Virus record (IMG/VR): IMGVR_UViG_3300030331_003845
Location: 1 to 57,336 of that record
Length of the DNA: 57,336 bases
DNA from: a virus
Lineage: Duplodnaviria > Caudoviricetes
Direction: 5' to 3' (one strand)
Positions 35,469 through 45,804 of the stretch are shown piece by piece. The notes beneath the pieces are model-generated. The model saw nothing but the letters and a program-made list of their open reading frames with translations. It did not search any database and was not told where the DNA came from. The position numbers and the translations under genes are program-made. Position 1 is the stretch's first letter, and each line of letters starts with the position of its first letter.

Positions 35469-36640
35469 TAGTTAAATTGTCCTCCGCCTGAAGCTCCGTG
35501 TGATACTGTGATAGTAAACGCTCTTGAAGCCGTTTGTCCTTCAGCATCCGTCGCCGTAATTGTAAAACTACTTGTAGTAGTTTCTGTTGATCCAGTTTCA
35601 GTACCTGTAATTGTAGCAGAGCCGACTCCTGTGTTCAAGGTTGCTCCACCTGGTAATGTTCCTGATGTTCTAGCAAAACTTACTGCATCTGTTGCAGTTA
35701 AAGTAAAATTAAAAGTACCGCCATTTGCCACTGTACCTAAAGAACCTGATCCTGTAACCCACGCAGGTGCATCGGATATTGTTAACAATGCCGTTGCTGT
35801 TCGTGCAGCTAAACCATCATTGTTTTCTAATCTTAAAAAATAAGTGCCGTCAACAGATATAGTAAATGTTGCGACTACTGTTGTTGTATTTGTGAATGAT
35901 ACACTATCAGCGACTACAATAGCTCCTGTTGAAGAATTTTGTGCTTCAACAGCTGGTGGTGAAGAACTATCTTTAAAGTTCGTGCCGGTGAGCGTTATTG
36001 CTGTTTGTGTATTATCTGTTACCGAAGGTGAAATACTTGAAATCGTAGGAAAGGTTACTGCATCACCGAAAGATAATTGTCCTGCTCCGTCTGTTTGTAA
36101 TACTTGATTTGCTGATCCTGCCGTGCTTGGAAAAGCGATTGTTCGCGCTCCTAAATTCAAAACAGGTGAAGTTAAGGCAACATAATTACCCATATATCCA
36201 TGAGCAGAACATTGATAATAAAGCACGTTAGGTGTGTTTCTATCTACAGCTATGGTTGTGTGTGCTCCTGAGTTTCCTGGCACACCACTTGTAGTTACGT
36301 TTGTCGTATATTGAGTATTTTTTCCTGGATCAATATAAAATCTTAAAGGATGACCATCATTAGTGTTATCTGATTGATCAAACTTATAATAATAAGGTTT
36401 ATCGGTATCAAAACCATTTAATTGAATTTTTGGCGCTTGTAATCCATTAATTAAATATGCATTACCACTACCTACTCCATTGTAAGGATGATCCGAAGTT
36501 TTTGATGCTACGGTTACTGTAAATACAATTGGGGCTGTTGATGATGGATATACTCCTTGAATACCACCACCTGTCGATTTACTAATGATGACATTACCAT
36601 CTACATCCTGTATTGTATCTACTTTTATAATACTACTCAT
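35468..36640 (-). CDS. Ig-like domain tail protein, module B copy
   Basis: IKVDTI; insert with GHPLRF and YYQCSAHGYMG; ATDAEGQTA; ends GQFN. Confidence 0.8.
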   Translation of the reverse strand: MSSIIKVDTIQDVDGNVIISKSTGGGIQGVYPSSTAPIVFTVTVASKTSDHPYNGVGSGNAYLINGLQAPKIQLNGFDTDKPYYYKFDQSDNTNDGHPLRFYIDPGKNTQYTTNVTTSGVPGNSGAHTTIAVDRNTPNVLYYQCSAHGYMGNYVALTSPVLNLGARTIAFPSTAGSANQVLQTDGAGQLSFGDAVTFPTISSISPSVTDNTQTAITLTGTNFKDSSSPPAVEAQNSSTGAIVVADSVSFTNTTTVVATFTISVDGTYFLRLENNDGLAARTATALLTISDAPAWVTGSGSLGTVANGGTFNFTLTATDAVSFARTSGTLPGGATLNTGVGSATITGTETGSTETTTSSFTITATDAEGQTASRAFTITVSHGASGGGQFN

Positions 36641-36641
36641 A

Positions 36642-37673
36642 TTATCTCGCTACCGCCGGTGTTTCATTTGATGCTACAAAAGGCTGTTCAGCAAAAGCTA
36701 AATAGATATATGAACCACCATTATTATTTAAACCACCATTAGTTGTTCTCCATTTAAAACCATTGGCTAAAAAATCTATCTCATCACCAGTTGTGGATTC
36801 TGAACTACTTAAGTTCCAATATAACTTATCATTTCCTGAAACGTTATAACCTATTCTTTTGTTATCAAAAACATTCCAATCTTCTGATCCAGAATCATAT
36901 CTTTTTGCCATAACTAAAGCTGGTCTGAAACCCGTATGGATAAATTTACCGTATGTTGAACTATTACCAACATAAGATCCAATAGAACTAAATCCTTGTA
37001 TTTCAGAAAAACAATATGCTATTAAATCTACACCTGTTGAATGATGATCGTAATATGTAGAAAATGTTGTATCTGAAGTTGCAGTAATTAAATTTGCGGT
37101 CGCTTCAGAAATTGTTGTATTTAATTGAATATATTTACCAAAACCTATTCCTGAATGATAAACTCCCCAGTTTTGACTACCTCCTGTTAAATTTTTAATC
37201 ATAATCATTTTTGGTGTAGTTCCTAGACCGTGTCCAACTGTAAAGGGAGTGCCTGAACCAGGGTTTGTATATTTAACAATACTTATTCCTGCTGTTGTAT
37301 TAGCTGAAACTGTTGACTCTACACTCCCGACATTATTTGTTGCGCCTGTACCACCACCCTTCCAATTCCAAGCTACATAATTATAACTACCGTTTACAGA
37401 ACCATCACTTGTGCCAATTGTAAATCCATCACTATCAAAACTTGTTAATGGAATAGCATTACTTTGTTGCCCTGTTGAATTTGATGTAATGTAATTAGAT
37501 GGTCCTCTTACTACATCAAAAAGTCGATTACTTTCAGCATAATTTCTTCCTTTTATCCAAACCCAATCTGGTTGGAAACCGACTCCAGTAATTGCATGCG
37601 AAGAACTAGCATTACCTGTATAAAGTTTTGGTGTAAAATGATCTGATGGTTGAAATGAAATATAATCTGCCAT
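36642..37673 (-). CDS. Tail protein, module A copy
   Basis: YTGN, FQPDWVWIK, GHGLG, YLAFAE, ends PAVAR. Confidence 0.85.
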   Translation of the reverse strand: MADYISFQPSDHFTPKLYTGNASSSHAITGVGFQPDWVWIKGRNYAESNRLFDVVRGPSNYITSNSTGQQSNAIPLTSFDSDGFTIGTSDGSVNGSYNYVAWNWKGGGTGATNNVGSVESTVSANTTAGISIVKYTNPGSGTPFTVGHGLGTTPKMIMIKNLTGGSQNWGVYHSGIGFGKYIQLNTTISEATANLITATSDTTFSTYYDHHSTGVDLIAYCFSEIQGFSSIGSYVGNSSTYGKFIHTGFRPALVMAKRYDSGSEDWNVFDNKRIGYNVSGNDKLYWNLSSSESTTGDEIDFLANGFKWRTTNGGLNNNGGSYIYLAFAEQPFVASNETPAVAR

Positions 37674-37676
37674 TTA

Positions 37677-39047
37677 TTAACTCCCAAATTGTTTTAAGTT
37701 TTTAGTATTCATAGTATAAAAATTTTTCGCAGTGCTATCAAAGTTTGATGCTCCACCCTGATTTGGCGAATATTTAAATGTACCATAACTATTTGCATCT
37801 GAATATGTTGTCCCTGTCAAAGCAGTAGTGCCGAACACACCGCTTCCAAAATTTAAATTTGTCAAACCATCATAAACTGCTGTTGTTAACAGATAGGGTT
37901 TTCCATCAGCGTGTATATCATAACCAGTACCGCTATTTTGTAATGTTCCGTTTTTTGCAAAATAAATTTTATTATCCTCTAGGTCAACAAAGATACCTAT
38001 GTAATCTGTGCTTCCATAACTATCTCCATAAGTTGCGCTTGTATCTGTTGACGGAGTAGAATAATATATTTTTCCATTTGTTCCATAATATCCATAAGCA
38101 TAACCATTAGAGTTTGTATTTATTTCTGATTCTGGTTGTGTTGCGTTAGCATTCATTTTTGCTTGACTAGTGATTCCGTAATGCACATAGTTACTACTAT
38201 TCGTATGACCATATCCTTCAAAATACCATCTACCTTTTGTTATTGCCATAGTGCAAGGAATAGTATTCCAAGCTGTTGTATTAATGTTTACTGTATTGTT
38301 TCCATTTGTAAAAAACAATGCAGAGTTATATTCTATTGAATACAAAGGATTTAAAACTGCTTGGTTGTTTGTAGGAGAATCAACATTTTGTGTTAAGTTT
38401 CCAGATACAGTAAAATCGTTTGAACCTGCACTATCCGTGCCCATCGATCCACTGTTTTCAAATTTTAAAAAGAAGCCATTTAATCCATAAGTAACTGAAG
38501 GTGCAGTATTAGGTTTCCAAATACCTGAAGTAGCGTCTGTTGATCCGAAAGTGCTAGCATCATATTGAGTTCCATCTACAAAATGAAAGTGAGTAAGCAT
38601 TCCATCAAAATGATTACCATTATTTATTGCACCAATTTCTTGAGTGTTTGATGCTTTAGCTAATCTAAATTCAACATCTTGTGCTGGATAACTTGATTGA
38701 TCAAAAGCTGTTTCTTGTGTGCCATTGACATAAATTTTTACCCTATCTGCTGCTGTTCCTTGTGTAGTATCAACAGCTATTACAATATGATACCAGGCAC
38801 TAGGATCTCTAAAAACTCTTGTTGTTAAGAGATAAACACTTTGAGAACCACTTATTGAACCAAAAAAACCTAATTGATCACCGCTAGGAAAATAAACATA
38901 ATCATTACTTGAGCCACTTGGATAAGAACCAAAAACTGTTTCTTGAGCTACACTGATAAGAGATCTTTTCATCCAAAAGGAAATTGTAAATTTTTTATTA
39001 TTTGTTACTGTTCCTACATTTGTTCTTGTTAATCTTGTTGATGCCAT
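37677..39047 (-). CDS. LamG/SPRY-domain tail protein, module A copy
   Basis: MASTRLTRT, AWYHIV, GRWYFE, NFGSG. Confidence 0.85.
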   Translation of the reverse strand: MASTRLTRTNVGTVTNNKKFTISFWMKRSLISVAQETVFGSYPSGSSNDYVYFPSGDQLGFFGSISGSQSVYLLTTRVFRDPSAWYHIVIAVDTTQGTAADRVKIYVNGTQETAFDQSSYPAQDVEFRLAKASNTQEIGAINNGNHFDGMLTHFHFVDGTQYDASTFGSTDATSGIWKPNTAPSVTYGLNGFFLKFENSGSMGTDSAGSNDFTVSGNLTQNVDSPTNNQAVLNPLYSIEYNSALFFTNGNNTVNINTTAWNTIPCTMAITKGRWYFEGYGHTNSSNYVHYGITSQAKMNANATQPESEINTNSNGYAYGYYGTNGKIYYSTPSTDTSATYGDSYGSTDYIGIFVDLEDNKIYFAKNGTLQNSGTGYDIHADGKPYLLTTAVYDGLTNLNFGSGVFGTTALTGTTYSDANSYGTFKYSPNQGGASNFDSTAKNFYTMNTKNLKQFGS

Positions 39048-39056
39048 AATATTATC

Positions 39057-39839
39057 CTAGTTAAACTGTCCTGAGTTATTTACTCCTACTGTTATTGCAA
39101 TACTAAATGTTCTTGCTGCAGTCTGTCCCTCAGCGTCTGTAGCAGTAAGCTCAAAACTAAATGATTCATTAGCCACGCTACCACTCTCTGTTCCTGATAT
39201 TACACCAGTTCCTGCTGTTAAAGAAAGACCACCTGGAAAATTTCCTGATGTTTTTGAAAAAGTTATTGCGGAATCAGATGTTGCAACTACGTTTACTGAA
39301 ATAGTGCTACCCGCAGCAAAAGTTCCTAATGACCCTGCAGCTGTAGAGTATGCAACTCCTGTTGAAACTCCAAGTAATTGTGTAGATAATGTTGCGTTAC
39401 CATCAGGGTTTTCAATATAAAGTTTATAATCTCCATTAACTGCTATTGTAAATTTTGCTTTAATTTGTGTAGCAGATGTAAACGTTACTGTGTCAGCCAC
39501 AATTGAAGCTCCCGTAGAACTATTTACAGCTGTTACTAACGGAATACTTACAAATCCTGTTCCTGTAATCGTCACCTCAGTTTGCGTGCTTGTTGTAATT
39601 ACAGCCGGACTAAATGCGCTTGTGACTGCAGGATTATCTTCAGTTGGAATGGTAACACTACCTCCAAGATTTACACTACTACCATTTATAGTTATGTTAC
39701 TTGCAGTTAATGCAGCAGGTGCAATAGCACCAGCAGTAATATTTACATTACCTTGCATTGTAGTCGTATCTCCAGAATCTCCTACCGTTAATGAGGTACC
39801 TGATCGTGGGCTAATTTTATTTGTTTTTACTTCACTCAT
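39057..39839 (-). CDS. Ig-like domain tail protein, module A copy
   Basis: VKTNKI, ENPDG, ATDAEGQTA, ends GQFN. Confidence 0.8.
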   Translation of the reverse strand: MSEVKTNKISPRSGTSLTVGDSGDTTTMQGNVNITAGAIAPAALTASNITINGSSVNLGGSVTIPTEDNPAVTSAFSPAVITTSTQTEVTITGTGFVSIPLVTAVNSSTGASIVADTVTFTSATQIKAKFTIAVNGDYKLYIENPDGNATLSTQLLGVSTGVAYSTAAGSLGTFAAGSTISVNVVATSDSAITFSKTSGNFPGGLSLTAGTGVISGTESGSVANESFSFELTATDAEGQTAARTFSIAITVGVNNSGQFN

Positions 39840-39840
39840 A

Positions 39841-40911
39841 TTAATATTGTAATGATACTCCTCTTATTCTTGCTTCCTTGCTACCTTGTGATTGATTTGC
39901 AAATTCTATTTTGTAAGTTAGCTGGGTCCCCGCTGTAACCGAAAGGTCATTAACTTTAGCCATCTTAATACCAGTAGCAAAATCTGGTAAAGCTGTAAGT
40001 GTAGCTGTGCTGTAATTGCTTCCATTATCAGCCGAGAGTTTCAGTATTATATCTGTGTTTAATGCGTTAGTTCCACTTGTATCTTGATAAGTGATAACTG
40101 CACCCATAGACGAAGTTGATGCTCCAGCAGTTATCGCCACTCCCTCAAAACTTCCTGTTGCATTAAGCCCCCCAGTTGCAGATTTAAAATTCCATTCGTA
40201 ATTATAATTATTGTAGTTTGTTGTGATTGCACCTCCAGTTCTATCAACAAACTGAAGGTAACGATAAGCAACTGTATTTGACCAGCTAAATTCTTGTGGG
40301 TTGTTTGAACCATCACCCCAAACTTGCCCTCCTAATAAAGTTGTGTAAGATAAATTATCGTTTGAACCCTCCCATGCCCAAGCAGAACCAGCTTGTGCAG
40401 AGGTATTTTGAGTAGTAAATTTTGCACCTGTATAAATTTTTGAATTACCTGCACCTAAATCAAACCTGACAAAAACTCCTGTTTGTGATGCTGCCTGTGC
40501 TAATACTAAATTTTGACCACTCATAGTTCCGTCTATCAAAGCTGTTCTTGCTGGGCTTCCAGCTTCCCAATTTCCGTTATCTGTAACTGTATAAATTGAT
40601 GTTCTGTCCCCACTATCGTAGCTTGAACTTCCTAAACTTAATGAAGATACATATTCACCAGACCCATCGTGTGAGGAATTTGTAAGATTAGTAATACCAT
40701 TGGCATCATTGAACACATCAAAACTTGCAGAGGCAGTATTTGAAACATTAAGATTTTCTTGTGTGTGTACTCTTAATCCTAAAGTAGATAAATCGTTTAC
40801 AATTTTGTTATCGTCAAATTCTGTTATATTTAAACGAGAGTTTGATATAGTTCCTGATGCAATTGAACTTGCAGGAAATCCAGTGTATCTTATGTCTCTA
40901 TAATTAGCCAT
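39841..40911 (-). CDS. Tail fibre / receptor-binding protein with discoidin-like central domain
   Basis: WEGSND and AYRY motifs in the centre. Confidence 0.7.
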   Translation of the reverse strand: MANYRDIRYTGFPASSIASGTISNSRLNITEFDDNKIVNDLSTLGLRVHTQENLNVSNTASASFDVFNDANGITNLTNSSHDGSGEYVSSLSLGSSSYDSGDRTSIYTVTDNGNWEAGSPARTALIDGTMSGQNLVLAQAASQTGVFVRFDLGAGNSKIYTGAKFTTQNTSAQAGSAWAWEGSNDNLSYTTLLGGQVWGDGSNNPQEFSWSNTVAYRYLQFVDRTGGAITTNYNNYNYEWNFKSATGGLNATGSFEGVAITAGASTSSMGAVITYQDTSGTNALNTDIILKLSADNGSNYSTATLTALPDFATGIKMAKVNDLSVTAGTQLTYKIEFANQSQGSKEARIRGVSLQY

Positions 40912-40912
40912 A

Positions 40913-41329
40913 TTATTTGTCCTTTAGTAACCACCCTTGTGTTGCATCAACATATACTAATGTAAACGCTGCTCTTTCTGTTGACACTGTCAAATCTGAT
41001 GCTGCCCCTTGAATTTTATGTGAGTTCCTCCCTATTGTTATATTGTTTGTATCTGCTGTTCCAGCATAATCTATTATTGAAACTTCATTTCCAATAGTTG
41101 CAGATGATGGTAGTGTTGCTGTAACAACTCCACTTGAAGTATCTATAAAATAACCTTCACCTGCTACTGCAGTAAAATCACTTGTTTTAACTGCTTGCCA
41201 TGAAGTTCCACCAACACCTGTTGGTAAATTTACAGTTGCAGTAGTTAAATTAATAGTATCACCAGCTTCGCCAATTTGTAAATTAGTGCCTGATTTTGGT
41301 ACTACTTGATCTACTTCAATTTTACTCAT
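40913..41329 (-). CDS. Tail fibre subunit
   Basis: FTAVAGEGYFIDT...LVYVDATQGW. Confidence 0.8.
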   Translation of the reverse strand: MSKIEVDQVVPKSGTNLQIGEAGDTINLTTATVNLPTGVGGTSWQAVKTSDFTAVAGEGYFIDTSSGVVTATLPSSATIGNEVSIIDYAGTADTNNITIGRNSHKIQGAASDLTVSTERAAFTLVYVDATQGWLLKDK

Positions 41330-41790
41330 TAAACTACTACCAATGTTCCACTTACTGTTAATGTTCCTGTTATACTTACTGGTCCTGCCAACACACCATT
41401 TTCAATTGTTTGGTCTTGAGAAATGGTTGCTGAGTGTGTGCTTACAAAATCTTGCGCTGACATTGATGGTGAAGGCATCCTAGCTGCAGGCATGGTACAA
41501 AAAACATCTTTAGTACCTGCAGTAAAATTAACCAATGCGTCACTATTTGAAGAAGACAAAACAGTTTGCCTTGATAATGTATCAGGTGTTGCATCTGTAA
41601 CTGTCCCAATACCTACTTCAAATTCTGCAGGTGATGCACCGATATGTGAAATACAATAAAAGGTTTGATTCCCCGTACCAATTCCAGATACGAAGCTTTC
41701 AAAATCTTGTGAAGCACCTGCTAAATTGAGAGTTCCTGTTCCTTCAGTGGTGCTTGTCTCTTTTACTCTGTCATTTACAACTAGAGCCAT
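41329..41790 (-). CDS. Virion tail protein
   Basis: NDRVKETSTT.GTG...EFEVG.G...GTKDVFCT. Confidence 0.8.
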   Translation of the reverse strand: MALVVNDRVKETSTTEGTGTLNLAGASQDFESFVSGIGTGNQTFYCISHIGASPAEFEVGIGTVTDATPDTLSRQTVLSSSNSDALVNFTAGTKDVFCTMPAARMPSPSMSAQDFVSTHSATISQDQTIENGVLAGPVSITGTLTVSGTLVVV

Positions 41791-41797
41791 ACACCTC

Positions 41798-42235
41798 CTA
41801 ACTTATTCTTAAAATAGCATTTGAACTGTTAAACGTTGGAAACTGAATAGTGAAAGTTCCAGCCGTAGCTGTTTTATCACCACCAAAATCCAAAACTGCA
41901 ACAGCTTTGTCACTGTTTGACGTGTTATAAATTAAAGCGCCTCTTGCTGTTAAAGTTACTCCAGTAAATGATAACTCTGCAAAGTCTACAATTGCTACAC
42001 CTGTATCAAGTGAAGTTTGTTGACCTGTTAATACGCCACCACCTTGTGCATATTGACCTGAGTCAGGAACTTGTCCTCCTGTACTATCACCAGGATATGC
42101 TGTAGTAGCTGCAGATAAATTTGCTGAAGAATCATACAGGGCTAATTTAAAAACATCTTGTCCGCTTTGGAATTCATGTCCGCCTTCTAATAATTCTTTT
42201 TTAAATGAATTGCATACTGCTTGTGCGATTGCCAT
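41798..42235 (-). CDS. Virion structural protein
   Basis: SFKKELL...FKLALY...ARGALIYN...VLDFGGDK. Confidence 0.8.
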   Translation of the reverse strand: MAIAQAVCNSFKKELLEGGHEFQSGQDVFKLALYDSSANLSAATTAYPGDSTGGQVPDSGQYAQGGGVLTGQQTSLDTGVAIVDFAELSFTGVTLTARGALIYNTSNSDKAVAVLDFGGDKTATAGTFTIQFPTFNSSNAILRIS

Positions 42236-42244
42236 AATATTCTC

Positions 42245-42925
42245 CTACATAGTTTTTTTAGTATTTGGCGACGGAGATCCAACTTGTAATCTTGGAACAC
42301 CATCGTCGTATTCAGCTCTTCTACGTCTACCCATTTGTTGAAGAGCAAAAGCTTCTATAGCCTTATCATACCTTGTTTTATACAGGTTGTACATATCCAT
42401 AGGGCCTTTTAGGTATGAAAAAACTTCTGCCAAAACTCCATACAATAACATGCCCTCTTGGTAAGTTGCTAAAAATGTATTTGTTGAGGCATCAAAATGT
42501 GGTGGATCAATAATATAATTTAATTGTGTTGCATATGCTTGATCCGGAGTCGGTGCTACAACTACTGAATTATCATCCCAATTTGCGTAGTATTTAGGTT
42601 TACCTGTAGCTCCACTGCCATTAAATTCTGTAATAAAACTTGTATCTTTCTTCTCCATGAAAGTTCTGTTGCTTGTAAGGCTTGATGAATCAAAAACTTG
42701 TAAAGATCTAATAACTAAAAAACTAGAGGGCATTTGCAAGAATCTTTTATTAGCATTAAAGTTGGAAGTTGCATATTTACGTATATCATCATAATCTACA
42801 CGTCCTGCAACATCTAGTTCTACGTTTCTAATATATCCATCAATTAGTGTATCAGATAAGACGTTACTATCAACTTCAGCATAACTTCTTACTCTAGTTA
42901 AAAAATCTGTATGTGTTACTGCCAT
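42245..42925 (-). CDS. Head-tail adaptor-like protein
   Basis: GKPKYYA...APTPD...LLYG.L.E. Confidence 0.7.
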   Translation of the reverse strand: MAVTHTDFLTRVRSYAEVDSNVLSDTLIDGYIRNVELDVAGRVDYDDIRKYATSNFNANKRFLQMPSSFLVIRSLQVFDSSSLTSNRTFMEKKDTSFITEFNGSGATGKPKYYANWDDNSVVVAPTPDQAYATQLNYIIDPPHFDASTNTFLATYQEGMLLYGVLAEVFSYLKGPMDMYNLYKTRYDKAIEAFALQQMGRRRRAEYDDGVPRLQVGSPSPNTKKTM

Positions 42926-43383
42926 TATGTGATACTCACTGTTATAGAGCCTAATGATATTTTAGCTTCTCTTTTTCTATTTTCTTCCGCAGGATTTTTT
43001 GGAACCATGCTTCTTACTGAAGTTATATTATCAACACTTGTGATCGCAGCTCTTGCTGTTTGAAATGCAAAATCGCCTGGAAGTTTTAAATTTGCTACAG
43101 TTACTGGTCTACCTCCAGAATCTACTACAGATGTATCAGTAGGAGCTTGTGGATTTATAGCAGACATGATAGATGGTTGTTGAAAGAATCGAGGTCTTGC
43201 ATTTTGAATTGCAATTTTATCCGCTGTAATTTTTCTTCTTCTAATTTGAGGATGCTTAGATTCAAATTCAGATTTATGTACAAAGGACCCATTCCATTCT
43301 TTGACCATTTCACTATATGGGAATTCCATACCAGATCTATCAGAAATTGCTTTAGCATATTTACCTTTTGCAAAATTTGCCAT
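42925..43383 (-). CDS. Conserved virion-cluster protein
   Basis: AISDRSG.EFPY...EFESKHPQ. Confidence 0.75.
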   Translation of the reverse strand: MANFAKGKYAKAISDRSGMEFPYSEMVKEWNGSFVHKSEFESKHPQIRRRKITADKIAIQNARPRFFQQPSIMSAINPQAPTDTSVVDSGGRPVTVANLKLPGDFAFQTARAAITSVDNITSVRSMVPKNPAEENRKREAKISLGSITVSIT

Positions 43384-43709
43384 TATAATATGTCCTTATA
43401 ATAATCCATTAAACCACCTTTGGATTTTTTTGTTATATTTTTACTCATAAAATCTCTAACACTCTCAGAGATATTTTTTCTTATTTGTCTCATTTTTTCT
43501 TTACTTGCCATAGGCACTTTCATGGTTACAGAGTCTTTTTGTTTAAATTTACCTACTATACTTAAACCTTTACCCTTATCCATTTTTAATATTTTATCTG
43601 TCTCTTTTTTAGTTATTTCTTTTGCTCCTTTTGCCATGGCTGATTTAATTTTACTCTTAACAGATGTTAGTAAAACTTTTCCAGTAGGTAATAATAATCT
43701 AGTAATCAC
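43383..43709 (-). CDS. Small basic protein ending KGGLMDYYKDIL
   Basis: 108 aa; shared C-terminal motif. Confidence 0.75.
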   Translation of the reverse strand: MITRLLLPTGKVLLTSVKSKIKSAMAKGAKEITKKETDKILKMDKGKGLSIVGKFKQKDSVTMKVPMASKEKMRQIRKNISESVRDFMSKNITKKSKGGLMDYYKDIL

Positions 43710-44404
43710 TAAGCGCCATCTCCAAAGTATGCTTGTGGTGAAATAAACACAGATGTTCTTTGTCCATCTTGATCAAGTGCCCTTTTCATTTCATCTTCAT
43801 AAGCGAGTTTAAGTGTTTGAGTTGCTTGCGGGTTTATCATAAAGGATAAATAGTAAGCTAAGCCACCAATCATACAAGGTATAAAGCGATATGCTACATC
43901 AGCATTATTTGTATAGCTTCCAGCGTCCTCAATACGACCAATAGAGTAATATTTTAAATGTGTATATGTATTTAAGTTGGGCGCAGAATATAAAAATATT
44001 TTCGGTGTTTTTAATCTGTCGACATAATATTGTGACGGTTGTCCTGTTTGTAATTTATTTGGTAATGCAGCATAGGTTGATCTATCAATTTTTGTAAGAG
44101 AAATATCAGTAGTATCACTATTCTCACCACTAATTGACGTTGAAGAAATAAAAGCTTCTAACACATCATTCACATCAGTAGCTGTTGTATATGCTGCTTG
44201 GCCTGAGACTAAAGCAACTTCTTTCAACGATACTTTCCATAGATGAACACCTCTATTACCCCACTCTGAAAACAATATGTTTAAGTTTCTTCTTGCTCTT
44301 TTTAAATCATAACCAGAGTCAGTCATAACTCCACATCGATTGTAAGCTTCTTGTACAATCTCTTCTATACTCAAATCAAATGAAGTAGTTCCTGAAGTAG
44401 CCAT
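43709..44404 (-). CDS. Head-tail connector / tail tubular protein A-like
   Basis: MATSGTTSF...EAY.RCG...EWGNRG..LW...GLAYYL. Confidence 0.75.
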   Translation of the reverse strand: MATSGTTSFDLSIEEIVQEAYNRCGVMTDSGYDLKRARRNLNILFSEWGNRGVHLWKVSLKEVALVSGQAAYTTATDVNDVLEAFISSTSISGENSDTTDISLTKIDRSTYAALPNKLQTGQPSQYYVDRLKTPKIFLYSAPNLNTYTHLKYYSIGRIEDAGSYTNNADVAYRFIPCMIGGLAYYLSFMINPQATQTLKLAYEDEMKRALDQDGQRTSVFISPQAYFGDGA

Positions 44405-44583
44405 TATTTAAATTCCTTTAATTTTTTATTAACAGTTTGTGCTGCTTCTTTATGTGCAGATGAGGTGCTCAAGCCTGCAGCTCTATTCTCATCATACTCT
44501 TTTCTAAAAAGTTTTTGAAATTTTTTTGATGCACCTTTCACAACAGGTACTCCAAATCTAAAAGCTACTCCTATAAATGGCAT
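44404..44583 (-). CDS. 59-aa basic hypothetical protein (not in ORF track)
   Basis: MPFIGVAFRFGVPVVKG...; TAATG-coupled at both ends. Confidence 0.6.
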   Translation of the reverse strand: MPFIGVAFRFGVPVVKGASKKFQKLFRKEYDENRAAGLSTSSAHKEAAQTVNKKLKEFK

Positions 44584-44876
44584 TATATAACTCCTCTGTA
44601 ATAATCCATCATACCACCCTTACTTGCTTTAGCAAAGGTCTTGACATTTGTTGGTTTTCCTCCAACACCTTGAGCTTTACTTCTTTTTCTCGCAACCGCA
44701 GAACGCCTTTGCGATTCTGTCATTCGGGCGGCTTTTGCAGCAGGCACGCATTTGGGGTATTTTCTTTTTGATCCACTTGCAGATTTTCTTCCACATGGTT
44801 TAAAACCTCCACCTTTTTTCTTGGAGCCAATATCGACCCATTTTTCTGCGAACCATTTTTTTAGTCCACTGGCCAT
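44583..44876 (-). CDS. Small basic Cys-containing protein ending KGGMMDYYRGVI
   Basis: LKKWFAEKWVDI, CGR, YPKCVP. Confidence 0.8.
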   Translation of the reverse strand: MASGLKKWFAEKWVDIGSKKKGGGFKPCGRKSASGSKRKYPKCVPAAKAARMTESQRRSAVARKRSKAQGVGGKPTNVKTFAKASKGGMMDYYRGVI

Positions 44877-45325
44877 TACTTTACTCCATTAAATTTAGTT
44901 CCTTGTATTGAAACTCCACCACCTCTAGAGTATCTAAGTTTGCCACCTATTGTAATTTGTTTTCGTTTTCCTTTTTTAGATCCTGAAATACCATATGAAT
45001 AGTTCTCACCAGATTTACCTACGTCAAAATAAGTTTCTGAAGGTTCTTTATATGTCGAATCCTTATATTTAACGATGTTTGTTCCTGCAGTTACATCAAT
45101 ACCTTTTTTTGTTGTAATATTTACACTTGGTCCTATTTCAGTTTTGTATTCATCTTCGTACAAATCTAATTTCGGTTCAATTGTGCCTGGTTCTTTTTTC
45201 TTTTTAACTAAAATGGGGCCTTGTTGGTTATCAGGCATTGGTTGAGGCGGTTGAGGCATTCGAATCCCTCCCATACCAGAACCAGAGCCAATCAAATCTT
45301 TTGTATATTTTTTTGTGTCGCTCAC
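44876..45325 (-). CDS. Hypothetical protein ending YSRGG...GTKFNGVK
   Basis: 149 aa, GTG start overlapping the upstream stop region. Confidence 0.7.
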   Translation of the reverse strand: MSDTKKYTKDLIGSGSGMGGIRMPQPPQPMPDNQQGPILVKKKKEPGTIEPKLDLYEDEYKTEIGPSVNITTKKGIDVTAGTNIVKYKDSTYKEPSETYFDVGKSGENYSYGISGSKKGKRKQITIGGKLRYSRGGGVSIQGTKFNGVK

Positions 45326-45804
45326 ATTAAATCCTTATAATAATCCATCATGCCGCCTGATGCCACTTTGATAGTTTTTAAAGTTTTAGCTTGTCCTTTA
45401 TGTAATTTAGAAGCTTTGTTAAGTCCTTTTACAACTTTTTTAATTTTGGCCATGTCACCTTTTTTTAAACCTAGAATTTCTTTTACTTTTCTATTCTTTG
45501 CCATAGCAAGACCAACACCCATAGGAGCTGAAGTAATACCCATAGAATTATCTTTCATCATTTTTTTTGCTTTTTCCATTTTTTTCTTATTAGCCGCCCC
45601 AAGTGCTAAAACTCCTAATGCTGCTTTTACCATTGTTCCTTTTTTAGCAGGTTTAGGTCCTTTGAAATCTTTTCTTTTTACACCGGATGGGTCTTTAATT
45701 TTTCCTGCACATATTTTTGATGCGTAGGCATTAGCATAGGCGCTAGGGTACACCTTGAATTTTCGCTTCGCTGCGGCTTTACCTCTTGGACATAGTTTAG
45801 TCAT
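45322..45804 (-). CDS. Basic protein (CPRGK/YPSAYAN family) ending SGGMMDYYKDLM
   Basis: LCPRGKAAAKRKFKVYPSAYANAYAS; AGGAG SD. Confidence 0.8.
   Translation of the reverse strand: MTKLCPRGKAAAKRKFKVYPSAYANAYASKICAGKIKDPSGVKRKDFKGPKPAKKGTMVKAALGVLALGAANKKKMEKAKKMMKDNSMGITSAPMGVGLAMAKNRKVKEILGLKKGDMAKIKKVVKGLNKASKLHKGQAKTLKTIKVASGGMMDYYKDLM

Noticed and set aside
33022-40911. Diversity-generating retroelement or invertible tail cassette
   Set aside because: No reverse transcriptase, no invertase, and no near-identical TR/VR pair seen; the paralogues differ throughout.
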